64,000 bases of DNA from Psammoneis japonica (lineage: Eukaryota): contig QPGO01000004.1 of assembly GCA_008632985.1 (NCBI GenBank), forward strand, positions 248,001 through 312,000. Direction: 5' to 3'. The translations under genes and the position numbers were made by a program. The notes beneath the pieces were generated by a model that had not been told where the DNA came from, did no database searches, and saw only the letters and a program-made list of their open reading frames with translations. Positions 13,147 to 25,800 of the stretch are shown piece by piece. The first letter of the stretch is position 1. The number at the start of each line of letters is the position of its first letter.

Positions 13147-14265
13147 GCTGCGTGAAGTGCTCCAATGCCATGGGGAATTCCCACTTCCTTGACCGGTGCC
13201 ACAAAGGGGTTGTTCTTCTGAATGAGAGCAACTTCGCTGATCCAATCCCAACAAGGTCCAAAGCCAACACCAAGCATGGTGTGGGGCAGCCATGTCATTT
13301 AACTTCAACCACATGAGAGTCCATGCCATCACTTTGGGAACACAGTCCAACAATTGCAGGAATGTTTCTGTCAGCAACAGGAGGTGCGGTTGTCATTGCT
13401 CATTGGCAGCATCTTGCAAGAAGCTCTCAACATTTCTAACATCAAGTTCTCAAGAAACACTGGAGTCTGGGCTGACAAAAGGAGTGGCATCTGTAAATGC
13501 CAGGATTGTGCATGTGATGGTTCTCCATGTGCTGAGCCAATTCTTGCCATTTGACACTCGTGACGATTTGAAAATCTGCCTCGCAGATGTGTGTGACTCA
13601 CAGCCGGTGGATTTTGTTGTCACCTGGTTCTTTGAATGTCATCAAGTTGACAATGTCTTTCCAATGGTCATGTGAATGGCCCACTTCAAAGTGCAGCTAA
13701 TTAAGTTGAGGCAAATCGCAAACAAAGTTTGCTGAACTTGATCTGGGTGTGCCCTCTTTGAGGTCGGATTGGCTTGGGCATCTTGTTCTTTAGCATGAGA
13801 ATGAGGAGCATGCAATGCTTTCCAGCATCCAAGATGCAAACCCAATTTCAGTGAGGTGGAGGTGGATTTGACCACATCTTTAATTTGGAGAGAAAGGCAG
13901 TGGATGAAAGATGGCTCCGCACTGTGGGTGGTGCTTGTCTGCGAAGATGCTGCATGAGCAAAGAAGTTGCAAGATTCAACTGACCGGTCTCATGCTCCCC
14001 ATCTAGAATGAGCTCTGCAACAATGGCATTGCCTTTGCAACCCAGGTCAACTGACAAAGGAAGAGCTGTTGGTGGAGCACCTTTGGCTTGGCCAAAATGA
14101 TGTTGATTTGTTGCTTGCAGTGCTACAGCCACATCTTCTGGGGCATTGACTGTCATCCAATTTCACATGTCTTGGGATTCTCATTTGGGTTTGCAGGCAC
14201 TTGAATTGTCTTTACGCTAGAAGCAATCCCCTTTCATCTTGCAGGCATTGATCTTCCTGAAGACT
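13147..14265 (-). mobile_element. Ambal-like LINE, 5' part (RT N-terminal half), split from the 3' part by the Copia insertion
   Basis: QVPANPNENPKTCENWMTV, NQHHFGQAKGAP, and RT motif PLCGTGQGSGNSP next to the TSD; RT continues beyond the Copia at 6548. Confidence 0.8.
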
Positions 14266-14493
14266 CCACCAAAAAATGAGAGGAACAAGCAGCACTTGAG
14301 TGCCAACATGGCAAAGACAGCAGTTGAAGGAATTGCATTTGAGCCAGCAAAGACTCACCCAGGTGGAACAAATGAGAGCACCTTTCCAGTGCTCCTCCAG
14401 GTTTGCCTCTGACATGCTGCATCAAATGTGACAGGTGCTGCACTGCTTGTTTGGTTGACAGAGCCAGCACAATTCTTGCTGATGAGACTGCAC

Positions 14494-15786
14494 TTGGAGG
14501 GCAAGGCAGTCGGCGAACGGCTTAGCTATGTCATTGAAAATGGAAGAGACATCATTCGTAATCAGCGAAACTTGGAATTCTTCACCAATGGATGTCGATT
14601 CATGATTCAGCTCCTACCGGTGACCGTGGTGGCTCCTCGATATTTTGCTGGCGCCATTGAGCTTGGTGTGATTTCCCAAAGTGTGGGCGCCTTCAATCAC
14701 ATTCTGAACGACCTGAGTATCATTGTGAACCAATTCGAGCAATTGTATAGATTCTCGGCAGGAATTGATCGTCTGGCTATCTTTATGGAGGCGATGCAGG
14801 AAGTGGATCCCGTTCGAAGTGAAAATGTGACGACATTGATGAAATTGCCTTATGGAAATAGCTCCGATGCCAGTTGTAAGATTCATGCATTGGACTCGGG
14901 CATCACTTCAGAGTTTGGCAGAATCGAGTTGAAGCGCCTTCCTTCCACCAGTGTTGCAGACACAGCTCCCAAGAATGGTGACACAGCAAGTTTGCTCTCT
15001 ATGGACAATGTGGATCTGTGCACTCCCGATCGCAAACGATGCTTGATTCGTGACTTGTCCTTGCAGCTCAATGAAGGAGAGAATTTGTTGATTGTGGGCA
15101 ATAGTGGTGCTGGAAAGTCATCGCTCTTGCGTGCCATTGCTGGATTGTGGACTGCCGGAAATGGCAAAATTACACGACCTGGAGACGAAGACGTCTACTT
15201 TTTACCGCAGCGTCCATACTGCACCCTTGGATCCCTCAAAGATCAGTTACTGTATCCCAGTTTGGAAGAACTCAATGCAACAGATGCTTTTCCAGATGGA
15301 CATGTAATGAGCAAATCTCACTACCTGAAGAAATCTCTCAGCGATCAAGATCTACTAGACGTCCTGGAAAAGGTTGATCTAGGTGAGCTGGCAGCTCGAT
15401 CGGGCGATGGCGATCCCATAAAGGGTCTTGAAACAGTGTTGGACTGGAGCAACACTTTGTCGCTTGGAGAGCAACAGAGACTTGCATTTGGACGAGTCTT
15501 GGTCAATCAACGCAAGCTCGTGATATTGGACGAGGCTACAAGTGCACTGGACATGGTAGCAGAGTCGAGGATGTATACATTGTTAAGAGAAATGGGACAA
15601 AAGAATCTCTTGAAGAATGGAGAAATGACAGCTCCAGGATTGACTTTTGTTAGTGTCGGACACCGACCAAGTCTTCTTGCCTATCACGACAAACGACTTC
15701 GACTGAATGGAGAGGATCGACATAGCCTAGAGCCCATTGAGAAGACCGCAATGGATGCTGAAGCATTCAACATTACTAACTTGTAA
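14494..15786 (+). CDS. ABC transporter family D half-transporter, 3' part only (N-terminus absent from window)
   Basis: End of ABC_membrane_2 region (PRYFAGAIELG...QSVGAF), Walker A GNSGAGKS, FLPQRPY..LGSLKDQLLYP, signature LSLGEQQRLAF, Walker B ILDEATSALD, SVGHR. Homology begins abruptly at LEGKAV, at the island edge. Confidence 0.9.
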   Translation: MEGKAVGERLSYVIENGRDIIRNQRNLEFFTNGCRFMIQLLPVTVVAPRYFAGAIELGVISQSVGAFNHILNDLSIIVNQFEQLYRFSAGIDRLAIFMEAMQEVDPVRSENVTTLMKLPYGNSSDASCKIHALDSGITSEFGRIELKRLPSTSVADTAPKNGDTASLLSMDNVDLCTPDRKRCLIRDLSLQLNEGENLLIVGNSGAGKSSLLRAIAGLWTAGNGKITRPGDEDVYFLPQRPYCTLGSLKDQLLYPSLEELNATDAFPDGHVMSKSHYLKKSLSDQDLLDVLEKVDLGELAARSGDGDPIKGLETVLDWSNTLSLGEQQRLAFGRVLVNQRKLVILDEATSALDMVAESRMYTLLREMGQKNLLKNGEMTAPGLTFVSVGHRPSLLAYHDKRLRLNGEDRHSLEPIEKTAMDAEAFNITNL

Positions 15787-16160
15787 ACGCAGGGTGTTTC
15801 TAACCGCTGGGGGGGGGGGGGGGGTATTAGTTTTTGCAATGAGATTGCCGACACAAGGATCTCGCGCTCGAGTCCGAGTGATTGATGCGGCCCTAGAACA
15901 AGCCCTCACACATGACTCTTTGTCCCATGAAATCACTCTCACTGAACTTATATTTTTCTCTCGTCATTTCTTTCGACTCTGTCGAGGCTTCCCCCACTGG
16001 GTTTTTTATCGCCTTGGCAGCAAGCTGGTCGCAGCACCCAACTTCGGTTTTGGTGTCCAGAGCCTTTTGCCTCCTTGGAGGCCAGGCAGGTTGGCTGGGC
16101 GACTGAGTACTGAGTAAATCCAACCCATTCTCTACGCAGGCCTGCGCTGGCTCATGTTAT

Positions 16161-17487
16161 TCATTGCTCATGAGCCATCTGAATAATGTTGTGTAGGCGT
16201 GCTCTTGCATCATCCAGGATTGTTTTATGGACCTCGATGTTCTCAACAATTGGCGCGTGTGTGCTACCACTTACACTATCTGTGATGTCATAGCCGGTTG
16301 GGTATCGTTCCACAAAGCTCATTATCTCTCTCCCAATGTTCGTTGTTGAATAAACCACTTGTGGATCACGCCTGTCACTTAAATCACATACAAACTCGTC
16401 CGTTTCCACCAAGATCTTTGGCTCGGCTTGTTTTTGCGGAGAGGCAACTTTGATCTCGGGCCTTGCATGTTCGGCCCGAAGCATTAGCTCCAAGTGAAAG
16501 AGCTCTCCTAGATCGTTCATGAGTGCAACCTCCCGCGTCAACCCGAAACCAGGCGGGGCCGCATAGTCGGGCCATTCCCGGGATGCGAGATGCAGCAAAC
16601 TATTGTGAAATAAATTGAGGATCTTAGGCATGCCTTCGTCCCGGTGGTGGCTGGAACAGTTCCGAAAATGGAGCAACGCCAGTAGTGCGATGGATCAACT
16701 CAGTTTCTGCCCACTGCATACGACACGACTCAATTCCTCATCAGAGATATCCTGCGCTTCTCCCAAGCTGCATATGCGGGCGGTTTCCGAAGACAGGTTA
16801 CGCATATCTTGTACAATGTTGTGAAGTCCTGTTGCAAGCAGGACCAAGGAATCTTGAACATTGATCGGACAGATGAAACGGTTGGCAATTCATAGTGGCA
16901 CATCCGTATTCGTACAGACACCACGCTGATTGGTTGTACGGGATATTTTTCCCGGGCAGTACCACAACACAGTCTGATTGAGCGACATAGTCGTTCATCG
17001 ATTCAAGTCGCTTACGAAAGATTTTGGTCGCATCCACATCTCTGGGATGCTGCGGCAAACAGGAATAATCAAAGAAGCTACCAATGTGGTCTTCCTCCCC
17101 TATCCCCAAAGGTTCCGCGAGGTGGATACGGACGCTCCCAATGATTCTCATTTCTATGTTTTCCGTGCCTCCTGTGTCCAGCCATTGGTTGTCCATCATC
17201 GTATCCGTCTGCGTGATGTAATTTTCAAACCAATCCCCACGCAACCAGAACTCATGATTTGGGACTTTCACCAGCTTTCCGTGGCGATGCAAAATATCCC
17301 AAACTACCTTAGCGAACAGTTCGCCGCCATCGGGGTCGTCGCTGTTCCATCTGTGGGACACAAAGACAATATGGTCGCACTCGTCGGCACCCACAAGCTC
17401 CATCTCAATTTCCGACGACCACTTGGGAAAGGTACTCCTCCCGCGAATGGCAGTAAGCTTGAGGATGCGCAAGTTGGGGTTATTCAT
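16161..17487 (-). pseudogene. HET-domain (heterokaryon-incompatibility/TIR-like) protein, apparently disrupted
   Basis: FVSHRW...DPDG, FFDYSCLPQ..R...F...L.SM..Y, Y.QSAWCLYE motifs. Joining to ORF 16161-16676 needs a frameshift near 16830 and passes an in-frame TGA near 16695. Confidence 0.7.
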
Positions 17488-20379
17488 TCGTAGGGGAATA
17501 CGTCGCTGTTGCACCTTGTCAGACACATCCTGTTTCCTGTTTGTAAAAAGCAATGAAGTCTCTCTGAGGCGTTGAAGCTTGACGAGCGTTTTTTGCCGTC
17601 ATACCGGTACTCGTGATTAAAACATTTACCCTGGTATCGGGATTCAAACTTAGCGAATGTGGCAAACAGACAGACAGACGGCGTGACGTGGAAATCGAAT
17701 GTTCAAGCGAAGCTGAACGATCATCTCGAACAGTGGTGGCAGACAAGAGCACACAACAATTCTAAGTAGAACGACTTGTATGACCCGGAATGACAATTAT
17801 GACGTGCTCCGGTGTGGCAATGTGTAATAGATCAGTTTATCAGACCCAAGCTTTGCCTGCTGAGTGCCATGGCGGTTCCATGGGGGATGGCGGATGGCCG
17901 ATGGCGGCTGGGGTGGCCACTTGCAGCAGTCGATGGAGACAAAAGGGATGATCATTTGTGTTGATTTAATCACATGTTCAGCTGCAATTGCAGACATCAC
18001 CAAACCACAAGCAATCTTGCCTCAGAGGAGGGACAGATCCTTGGGAGCCCATGTTTTTCTGCCTGGGACAGCAACCAGAACAAATGCTCCAACTTTCGGA
18101 TTTCGAAGATTGCCCCGAGCCCAATGCACTGGAGTGCACCAATCCCTTTTGCAAAGTGATTGCTGCTGCCCAGAAATGCTGTGAGACAATGAGAGCTGCA
18201 AGTGTTCTGTTGAATGTGACAGAAGATGATGATTTGAGGATGGCCTTGCAGCGCAAGATTGAGGTGCCAGTGGACACAGCTTTGTCAGGCTTGCTGGAGC
18301 TGTGTGAGCCGCATTGCTTGGAGAATGTCATGCGGCCCACAGTTGCTTGAAAGATGTCTTGACTCAGCTCAATTTCCAGCACACTCTCCAAAATCACTTG
18401 AAGAGTTGCACCTGTGGCAGCAAAGTTTGATTTGGCAGAGGAGGCTGGCTGGCAATGACACTGCCACAGCACTTGTGACTTTTGGCAAAAATGGTGCAGC
18501 TTTTCTCCTGTCTGCTGCCAAAGTCCTTCCCCAAGCCACCAGCTGCTGTTAATTTTGCCAATTGCTCCAGGGCCAGTGGCAGTGAACAACTCATGAAGTG
18601 CTGGCGATGTGCCACTGAGTGTGCTGCCTTTTTAAATTTGCAAATGTCAGGGGCCCAAATCAATGAATCCTCATGTTCGCAGATGGCCAGACATTGGTCT
18701 GCCAAAACATGTGTGAGTGTGAGCATGTCAATTTGTTCATGACCAAACAAGTCAGATTTACAATGAATCACAGTCATTTGTGATGAATGAGTGTGATTTG
18801 GGAACAAATGAATGTCCAGCACCTCCAATGAATGTCTGTGGTTGTGGATCAAGGGTGTGCAAACCAACAAATTTGTTGCATTGCAACAAGTGGACTCCAG
18901 CATGACACTCCATTTGATGACTTTTGACAACTGACTGACAATGGATTGGGTGACTGGCATCCCAACTGGCCATTTTGCAGTGCACCCTTCCAATTCACTT
19001 GCCCCAATCAGCACCCTGGAATTCAGTTTTTCAATTTTGATTTACCACACAATGTCATTTGCAACAATGTGAGTGCTGCTTTTGTGTGTCACATGCTGGC
19101 CTGGCACCAACTCCCAGTTCAAATGTCTTGGTGCAGTTCACCATGTGTTCACCCTTGTCCCCCGACTCATCGTTGTCTTCCTCCACTTTTTCTCATTGTG
19201 CCCCACTGCAATCTTCCTGCACAAATCCTCCCATTGACCAAGTGATCCACTTGCAATGTCTTGCTTGTTTGATCTCCCTCTCCAGTTTCTCAAAGAATGT
19301 GTTTGCCCTCAGCAACCATCCTTTGCACTTCCTGGGCATCTTTCATCATGTCCTGGGTGCACCTTCTTCTGCTCCATTCCTGGAGTTCCCTGCCATGAAG
19401 TGCCAGGTGTCTCAAGCACTTTCTCTTCTTAGCACCACATTGCCTGTTGGGCAGGTTCTTGTCACTCTCTGGCTTGTTCATGACCTCCGTCAAAACGGAC
19501 AATTGCTCCTGTGTTGTTTGCTTTATTTTCACCTTCTTGATGCATTCATCACAGCTCTCCAGGGACTTCTTCTGCATGTCCTTGAACTCATTCACCATTT
19601 CCTTGGCCACACCTTGCTCTGTGGGCTCTTGAGGGTCTTTTTCCAAAATGGTGGATGAGCTTGATCCATTTTTATCCCCCAGTTTGGCAACAGTGATGTC
19701 TGGCATCATCGACTCACACAAGTCTCCCCTCCCCCCCGGTTGGCTTTCCTTCTTGGTCACTGAGCTCCACATTGCAGTCTGACATCAAATTGCTGTCCTT
19801 GTTGTTGCTCTTGTGCTCTGTGTGCCATGCAACAAAATTGTTCTTCAGGAGCATGTGGGCAAATGCCTGGGCACATGACATGCCCAACCTTGCCAGCCGG
19901 CCCCCTGATGATGTTGGCGGGGAACAGTTGTCTGTTCCACTTGGCTTGCAGCTTCACATTGGCTGAGGAAGCTTCTCTTGAGCTGATCACACTGTGTGAC
20001 AATTCTGGCGCAACTGGAGGATTTTACGATTTGCTGCTCACTCCACTCTGATTTCTCTGCAAGAAAAAGATGTTTGGTGCATCCAAGGCTCTCCAGCACA
20101 AACAGTTGCAAAAAGCCTCTGCAGTCTCTGAAAGAAAAAAGTTTGATGCAGCCAAGGCTCTGCAGCACAAACAGTTCCTAAAAAGCCTCCGCATGAAGGT
20201 TTGCATGCCGAAGCCAGACACACGCATGTCATTTGTGGGTGCCAAGTTACCTGTTTCTGAATGCAGGACATGCCAAGGGACTTGCTTGCCCACTCCCTTT
20301 TTGATGATCATCACAATCTCAATGTCAGCCAATCAATGCACGAACGGTGCCAAAAAATGTTCCTGCAGATGACTGTGAC

Positions 20380-22636
20380 CAGAGAAATGGTTTGCAACAA
20401 ATGATGCTCTGACATGTGCGATGATCTCCCCAAAGATTTTGATCCAGAGAAGAACCTCCTTCTTCCAATGGGCTTGCACCCAGACCAGACAGGAGCTGAT
20501 GTGTGCCAATGACATCCACTTGAACCCTGGTTGTTCTGCATCCTCATTGTGAAGAGGAGTGCTTGTGAACACTCTTGCTCCTGGCATCATTTGGGTTTCA
20601 TGCCAAGCACTGACAAAGGCAGTTCGTCCACTTGCACCAACAAAAACGGCAACTCCATTGATGATGACTCAGCACCATGTGATTCGTCCACCAACATGCA
20701 GGCATGCCATGACATGCTCTTGTTTTTGTTGGAGGACTTGAAGCATCTTCAGAAGCACCCACCCAAGATGATGGCAAGTTTGGGTGGTTGATGTTGGCTC
20801 ATGTGCCTTCTTCTTGTGCAAGGTCCAGCAATTTTTGGTGACCAGAAATCACAGGACTGCACATGTGGTCAGAAGGCAAACAATGGGGGTGGTGCCGGTT
20901 GGTTTCACTGACTGTGCATGTGTTCATTGACAAACACTTCCAACACATTCCTTCCCACAAAAAAAATGGACTGTCTTGCACTCCAATGAATGTGAAAACA
21001 TTGTCATGCTTCATCATGATGGCCCTTGGCTGTCATGGTGGTGCCTCCGCCAAGGAAAATGCCAGCAACAGACGTGAATGGAAGATTTCTTGAAATGCCA
21101 GCAGAAGCCAGCCACAGCCCTGCTGGCCAGACCGCACACAATGCACCCTTGAGAAATGCCTTTGATGGCATTGGTTTTGGGAGCAACCCATGGGTGTGTG
21201 CACTGCCACTGCTGACAAAATCACCTGCACTCTTGGGAGGCCAGAGGTGGGGAGAATGCAGCTGCCATTGCGCATCATGGTTTGACACCAAAGGAAAAAG
21301 AAAATTTCAAAAAAGAGTTTGTGGCAGCAGTGGGGTCCACTTGGTCAAGCACATTTGGGAACTGTCCAAAAGGCTGTTTGAGCTCTGGTTTCACCAGAAT
21401 GACCCTCATGACCCCCACGCAGAAAAGATGGGAACCTTGTTTTGCCCAACTGTGGCAGTGCAATTCAGAGGCACCCATGAGATTGTGGAAAATGCTTGCC
21501 AATGACAAGCAAAGAAATGCACCACCTTTCCATCAGCTTCTTAGATTGGGTTGTCACAAAAAAGGACAAACAGAGTGCTGCAACTGATGGCAGCCAATTG
21601 GAGAACACTGCCTCTGGGAAAAAGCAGTCCCATCAAACAGCATCCAATTGGCATGGAAAGAAAAGGAAAAGACTGTCTAACATGTTCGCTGCCAGCACTC
21701 CCAAGGAAGCTGTTCCAAAAAATGACCAAGCATTGCCACCAAGTGCCTTTCCTTTCAGGAAAGATTCATGTTGCACCGCAGACTACGACACCAATGGTGC
21801 ACTTGACCAAAAACCTTCTGTGATCCAATTTGTCATCAAGGACCTCAAGCTGCATGGATTTGGGTTCTTGTTGCAAGATGACTTTGATGACTTCCAGATG
21901 GACCAGCTGTTTGTTGAATCGTGGAAGATTTTGAAGGCCATCAATGGCAGGCAACAAGCCATCTCATGCCCCGCCCACAAATGCATTGTTGAATCCCTTG
22001 CATGCCCCATTCTGCAGGACAGGTGCCAAGGACTGCTGGACAAAGAGGTCAAGACCAACATTGAAAACTGTGTTGACAGCAGGTTGAGAAAGACCGTTGC
22101 AAGCAAGAAGGTTGATTGGCCCACATCCGAATCTCCCAACGTTGTGGAAGACCTCAACAATCCATGTCAGTTTTCACATTCAATGCAGAATTGTGTTGAG
22201 AAGCATTGTTGCAAGAAACCCATTGCAAAGGGCAGTGGGTGTGCTGGCTTGACACTGTCCAAAATGTCTGCCTTTTCTTTGTTCCTTGAGTGCATTCTTT
22301 GTCATCATGCACATTGTCACCATTCCCATCTGCTTCCCAAGGACATGCCAGCTTGACAACAAAGCCCCAGCTTTTGGAACAAAGAGAGTTGTGTCACACA
22401 TGGACACCACAATTTGTCATGGCAACTCTGCTGTTGACAATGACACTGGGAAAAATTGTGCACAGCTGCACACACTGTTCAACCGGATGTTCATGGGAGA
22501 GCCAATGCAAGTGCACACATCAACAGGTGAGAGACTTCTGAAAAGAAAAGCCAAAAAAAGTCAAAGACAGCCCAGAAGCATGGAGAGGAAACCTTCACAT
22601 GTCAAACTTGCAAAAGGGTGTGCGAGCCAACAATCC
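20380..22636 (+). mobile_element. Plavaka-type DNA transposon transposase, 5' part, decayed
   Basis: Frameshifted motifs LLLPMGLHPDQTG.D...PLEPWLF...WHHLGFMP, ACHDML..LLEDL, IFGDQKSQDCTCG, LRNAFDGIGFGSNP, TSTGERLLK..AKK match the Plavaka transposase pattern with Y->H/C and R->H/C. Confidence 0.7.
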
Positions 22637-22868
22637 TTTGTTGGTCCTCAGAGTCAGAGTGATGAGTGCATGTGGCATGCAAAATTTGAACAGAAGGACA
22701 ACCAGACGGATTGTCAATTCTTTTGGCTGCATGTGTGATGTTTGGCAAATTCAATTTCACATGCCAATGGTCAACAGTCATTTCCCAATGACTTTGGAAG
22801 TTGTTGATGACACTGTGATGATCATCATTGTGTCACAAGCTCTGTCAAGTTGTCTTAGTCTTTTAAAA
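22637..22868 (+). repeat. Split direct repeat A1
   Basis: Matches 28000-28208 (tttgttggtcctcagagtcagag...agtcttttaaaa) with one ~25-bp indel. Confidence 0.9.
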
Positions 22869-25800
22869 TGACAATTCATCTGCCATGTTGCTGGCAAACA
22901 GCTGGAAGAACTTCTTCACAAACCGACCGCCGGATGACAATGCAGATTGCATGTTGGGCTCTCTGCAAGAGATTCCACACAAAACTCCTGTGGAGTCAAG
23001 CCATTGAATGCATCTCAAAGGAGACACGGTTTTCCTTGGGCATGCCAAGCAACAGGGAACCCCATTTCACTCCTCCATGTCTATGCTGTCATTGGAGGTG
23101 CAAGACTCCAGCTGGAAACATTCCATGCAACATCAGTTGGAATGGGCTCACGTGCATGCCCAGCAAAAACAATGCACCCGGGCAACTTCTTCAAAACAAT
23201 GGAACTTGACAATGCCCCAACCTGGGACAATGTCAAGAACCTTGAATCAGCCAATGAAGCAGACAAGATCACCCTCTCTGACCTGATCCAAGTCAGCCAC
23301 CAAAGCCACACTTCATCTGATCACTCCTCCCCCTCCATTCACAGTGAGCCAATTCATGGACAAAGATGACTGGTCCACAACCAACCTGCCAATTGCCACC
23401 CTGTCAGCTGTCAACCTTTGTGATCAAGCTCACGAAAGTGACAAGAACTGTCCCAGCATGTCCAAGGACTTTTGCTGGCTTTCTGCATTCCTTTGGGCCA
23501 TTGCCCACAACAAGATTCCAGCCTTCACTCAAAGCACTGTCACCAATGTCACAGCTCTACAATGCTTTGAAGAACTTCACAAGTCCTCCATTGCATCAAG
23601 CAACACTGTGACAAACCCCCCAGGCATTGCCTCCAATGCAATGCTGCAAGGTGTCACCTCGAGTGTCGCCGAACTCACAACACACCTTCAATCTGAACAA
23701 TCAGATTGGAAAGAATGCCTGGAGAGCAAGACAAACAACTTCAAGAAGTCAGCAGACCACTCTCAACAAATGATTCTCTTCAGATTGTCTTTGGACAGTG
23801 ACACCGCACCTGCCGGTCTATCCAACCTTGCGTCCTCATTCTTCAAACAACCAACATCTGCCGCAGCCAGAAACTGGACACAACACACCCTCAGGAACAA
23901 TTTTGGTTGCCTCAAAGTCCTCAAGCAGGGAATCGCAGCAATGATGCTGGCTGGAGAATTCCTTTGGGACAGAGACAACCTCCCAAACAACTTCAGTGCC
24001 TTCTTTGCAGCACTCTCCCCAGGTGGCAACAACAACAAGACAACATCAGCCTCCGCAATGCACCTTCAGTTGCAAGGCAAGAAGGAAAAGGGTTGTCAGA
24101 CAAGGACATCAAGAAAAGATCATTGAGCAAAAGCTCGAGTTGCCCACCACAGCTGATGCTCTCTCCTTCCAAGTTCAAAACTTTGCAAGCCTGCTTGCCA
24201 TTGTCATGGGCAAAAACTCCCCAGCAGTCCAAAACCTCCTCACCTGGATCTGCCACTTCAAGAAACACCGCATCTTGCATGATGACCAACAGGCCAAAGA
24301 CTCGTCATTCCTGGCCAAGGTCCTCCTCGACATCAACCGATGCACTCAACTTTGGTTGCAAGACTGCACCAACACAACAGGCTGCAGCAATGTGGATGAC
24401 TTGCTCATCTCCCATGCTGACCTCCAGCAAGAGATGGTTCTCAAATGCTTCACCCGATCCACCCCGGCCTTCTTGGCCACAACATCTAACAATGACAAGC
24501 CAGGAACCAAGTGCAAAGGCAAAGAAAAGGCCAACCAAGGCAAACTTGTCTGCAGCGACAACTTGCTCCCTGTCTGGAAACTCAAACAAGGTGAAAACCA
24601 TAGAAAAGTCTTCCACCCGAACGTCAAGACCCTCCCTTTGTTCAAAGGTGTTCAACTCTGTGAGAGACACCATGCAAAAGGTCGCTGTGCCACCTCCTGC
24701 AAACACAACCACTTCAAACCCCATGGCAAAGCTGTTGAAGACATGACCAAGTGGGTTTCCTTGTGCTGTGAAGGCTCCCCCTCCAACAAGGAAGGCAACC
24801 AAGAATGGGATGCACGGTCTGTTGCTCAGTGGTGGTGACCCATCCAATGGTGGACGCTTTCACCCACCACCCAAACCTCCTCACAACACACCAACCCCAA
24901 GCAATGCACACATGCAAGCCAGACTGCCAAACAAGAAAATAAGAAATGCCTGGAAGAGTCAAAAGGATCAAGTTCCTTCCCACACTTCCCCACTTGTGCT
25001 GCTTCGAGAGGATCAAGTTCCTGCTCAACGAACAACTCGCTCCCACCCACTCACAACAGACAACATCCCCTTTGTCCCCAGACACAACACAATGAACCAC
25101 TCTACAAGAGAGACCAGACAGCACAGAGAAACGAGCCTTTGAGCAACAAAAGATGATCCATGATTTGCTTGGCAAGCACACTGACCCCGCCAATGGGAGC
25201 CAATGAGTGACAGGACCACGACTCTCAAGACCCAGCATCAGTGCCCCCAAGCACTCTGAGAGGTGGTCTTGTCCTCCACTGTGCCACAATGGACAAGCCC
25301 AAGGCACCTGAATCCAAACAGTCTCCCTCTTGGGATGACCCAGCAGAGCCTGCCAAAATGCCTTTGGATTTGGCAGATCCCAAGGTCCTTGAATCCAAAC
25401 TGTGCTCTCCTTGGAAGCACCTGGCAGAACCTGCCGAACAGTCACCTTCCCAGGCTGACCCAGCAGATCCCTCTCAGGCACCAAAATCCAAAAAGTCTTC
25501 CTCTGAGGTTGACCCAGCAGAGCCTCAAATGCAGTTGCATCTTGGCATTGACTCATGCTCCACTCTGACTGTTTTGGCTTCTCAGCCAAGTTGCCCAAAA
25601 CCTCCATCTGACAAGGCCCTGCTCCAGCTGATCAGTCATGTTGCTTCACAACCTCCTTGACTGCCATTGAAACCAATCTTCTCTTTCAAGCCTGCAAAAG
25701 AAGCAGCTGAACAAACTGGATGATCCTCTCTCAATGTTTCAACCTCAACCCAGATGGAGAGAGCACTTGAAGCACAACAGACATCCATCCCAGGCCATGG

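Larger units (their letters stand above)
1..14490. repeat. Decayed transposon island A, TpA-depleted (and partly CpG-depleted), CA/TG-enriched
   Basis: TA is nearly absent throughout; dense Cys/His-rich spurious ORFs in all six frames; recognisable LINE and Copia remnants. 1-3300 is degenerate repeat I cannot assign. Confidence 0.9.

Noticed and set aside
14428..14493. Predicted N-terminus of the 452-aa ABC ORF
   Set aside because: GTG start inside TpA-depleted repeat sequence with no ABCD similarity.
15809..15824. Poly-G runs (also ~2183 and ~58308) as G-quadruplexes or transposon termini
   Set aside because: No matching partner end or TSD found; homopolymer lengths are unreliable.
20060..20195. 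Two ~69-bp tandem copies
   Set aside because: Simple local duplication inside a decayed element; no further structure.
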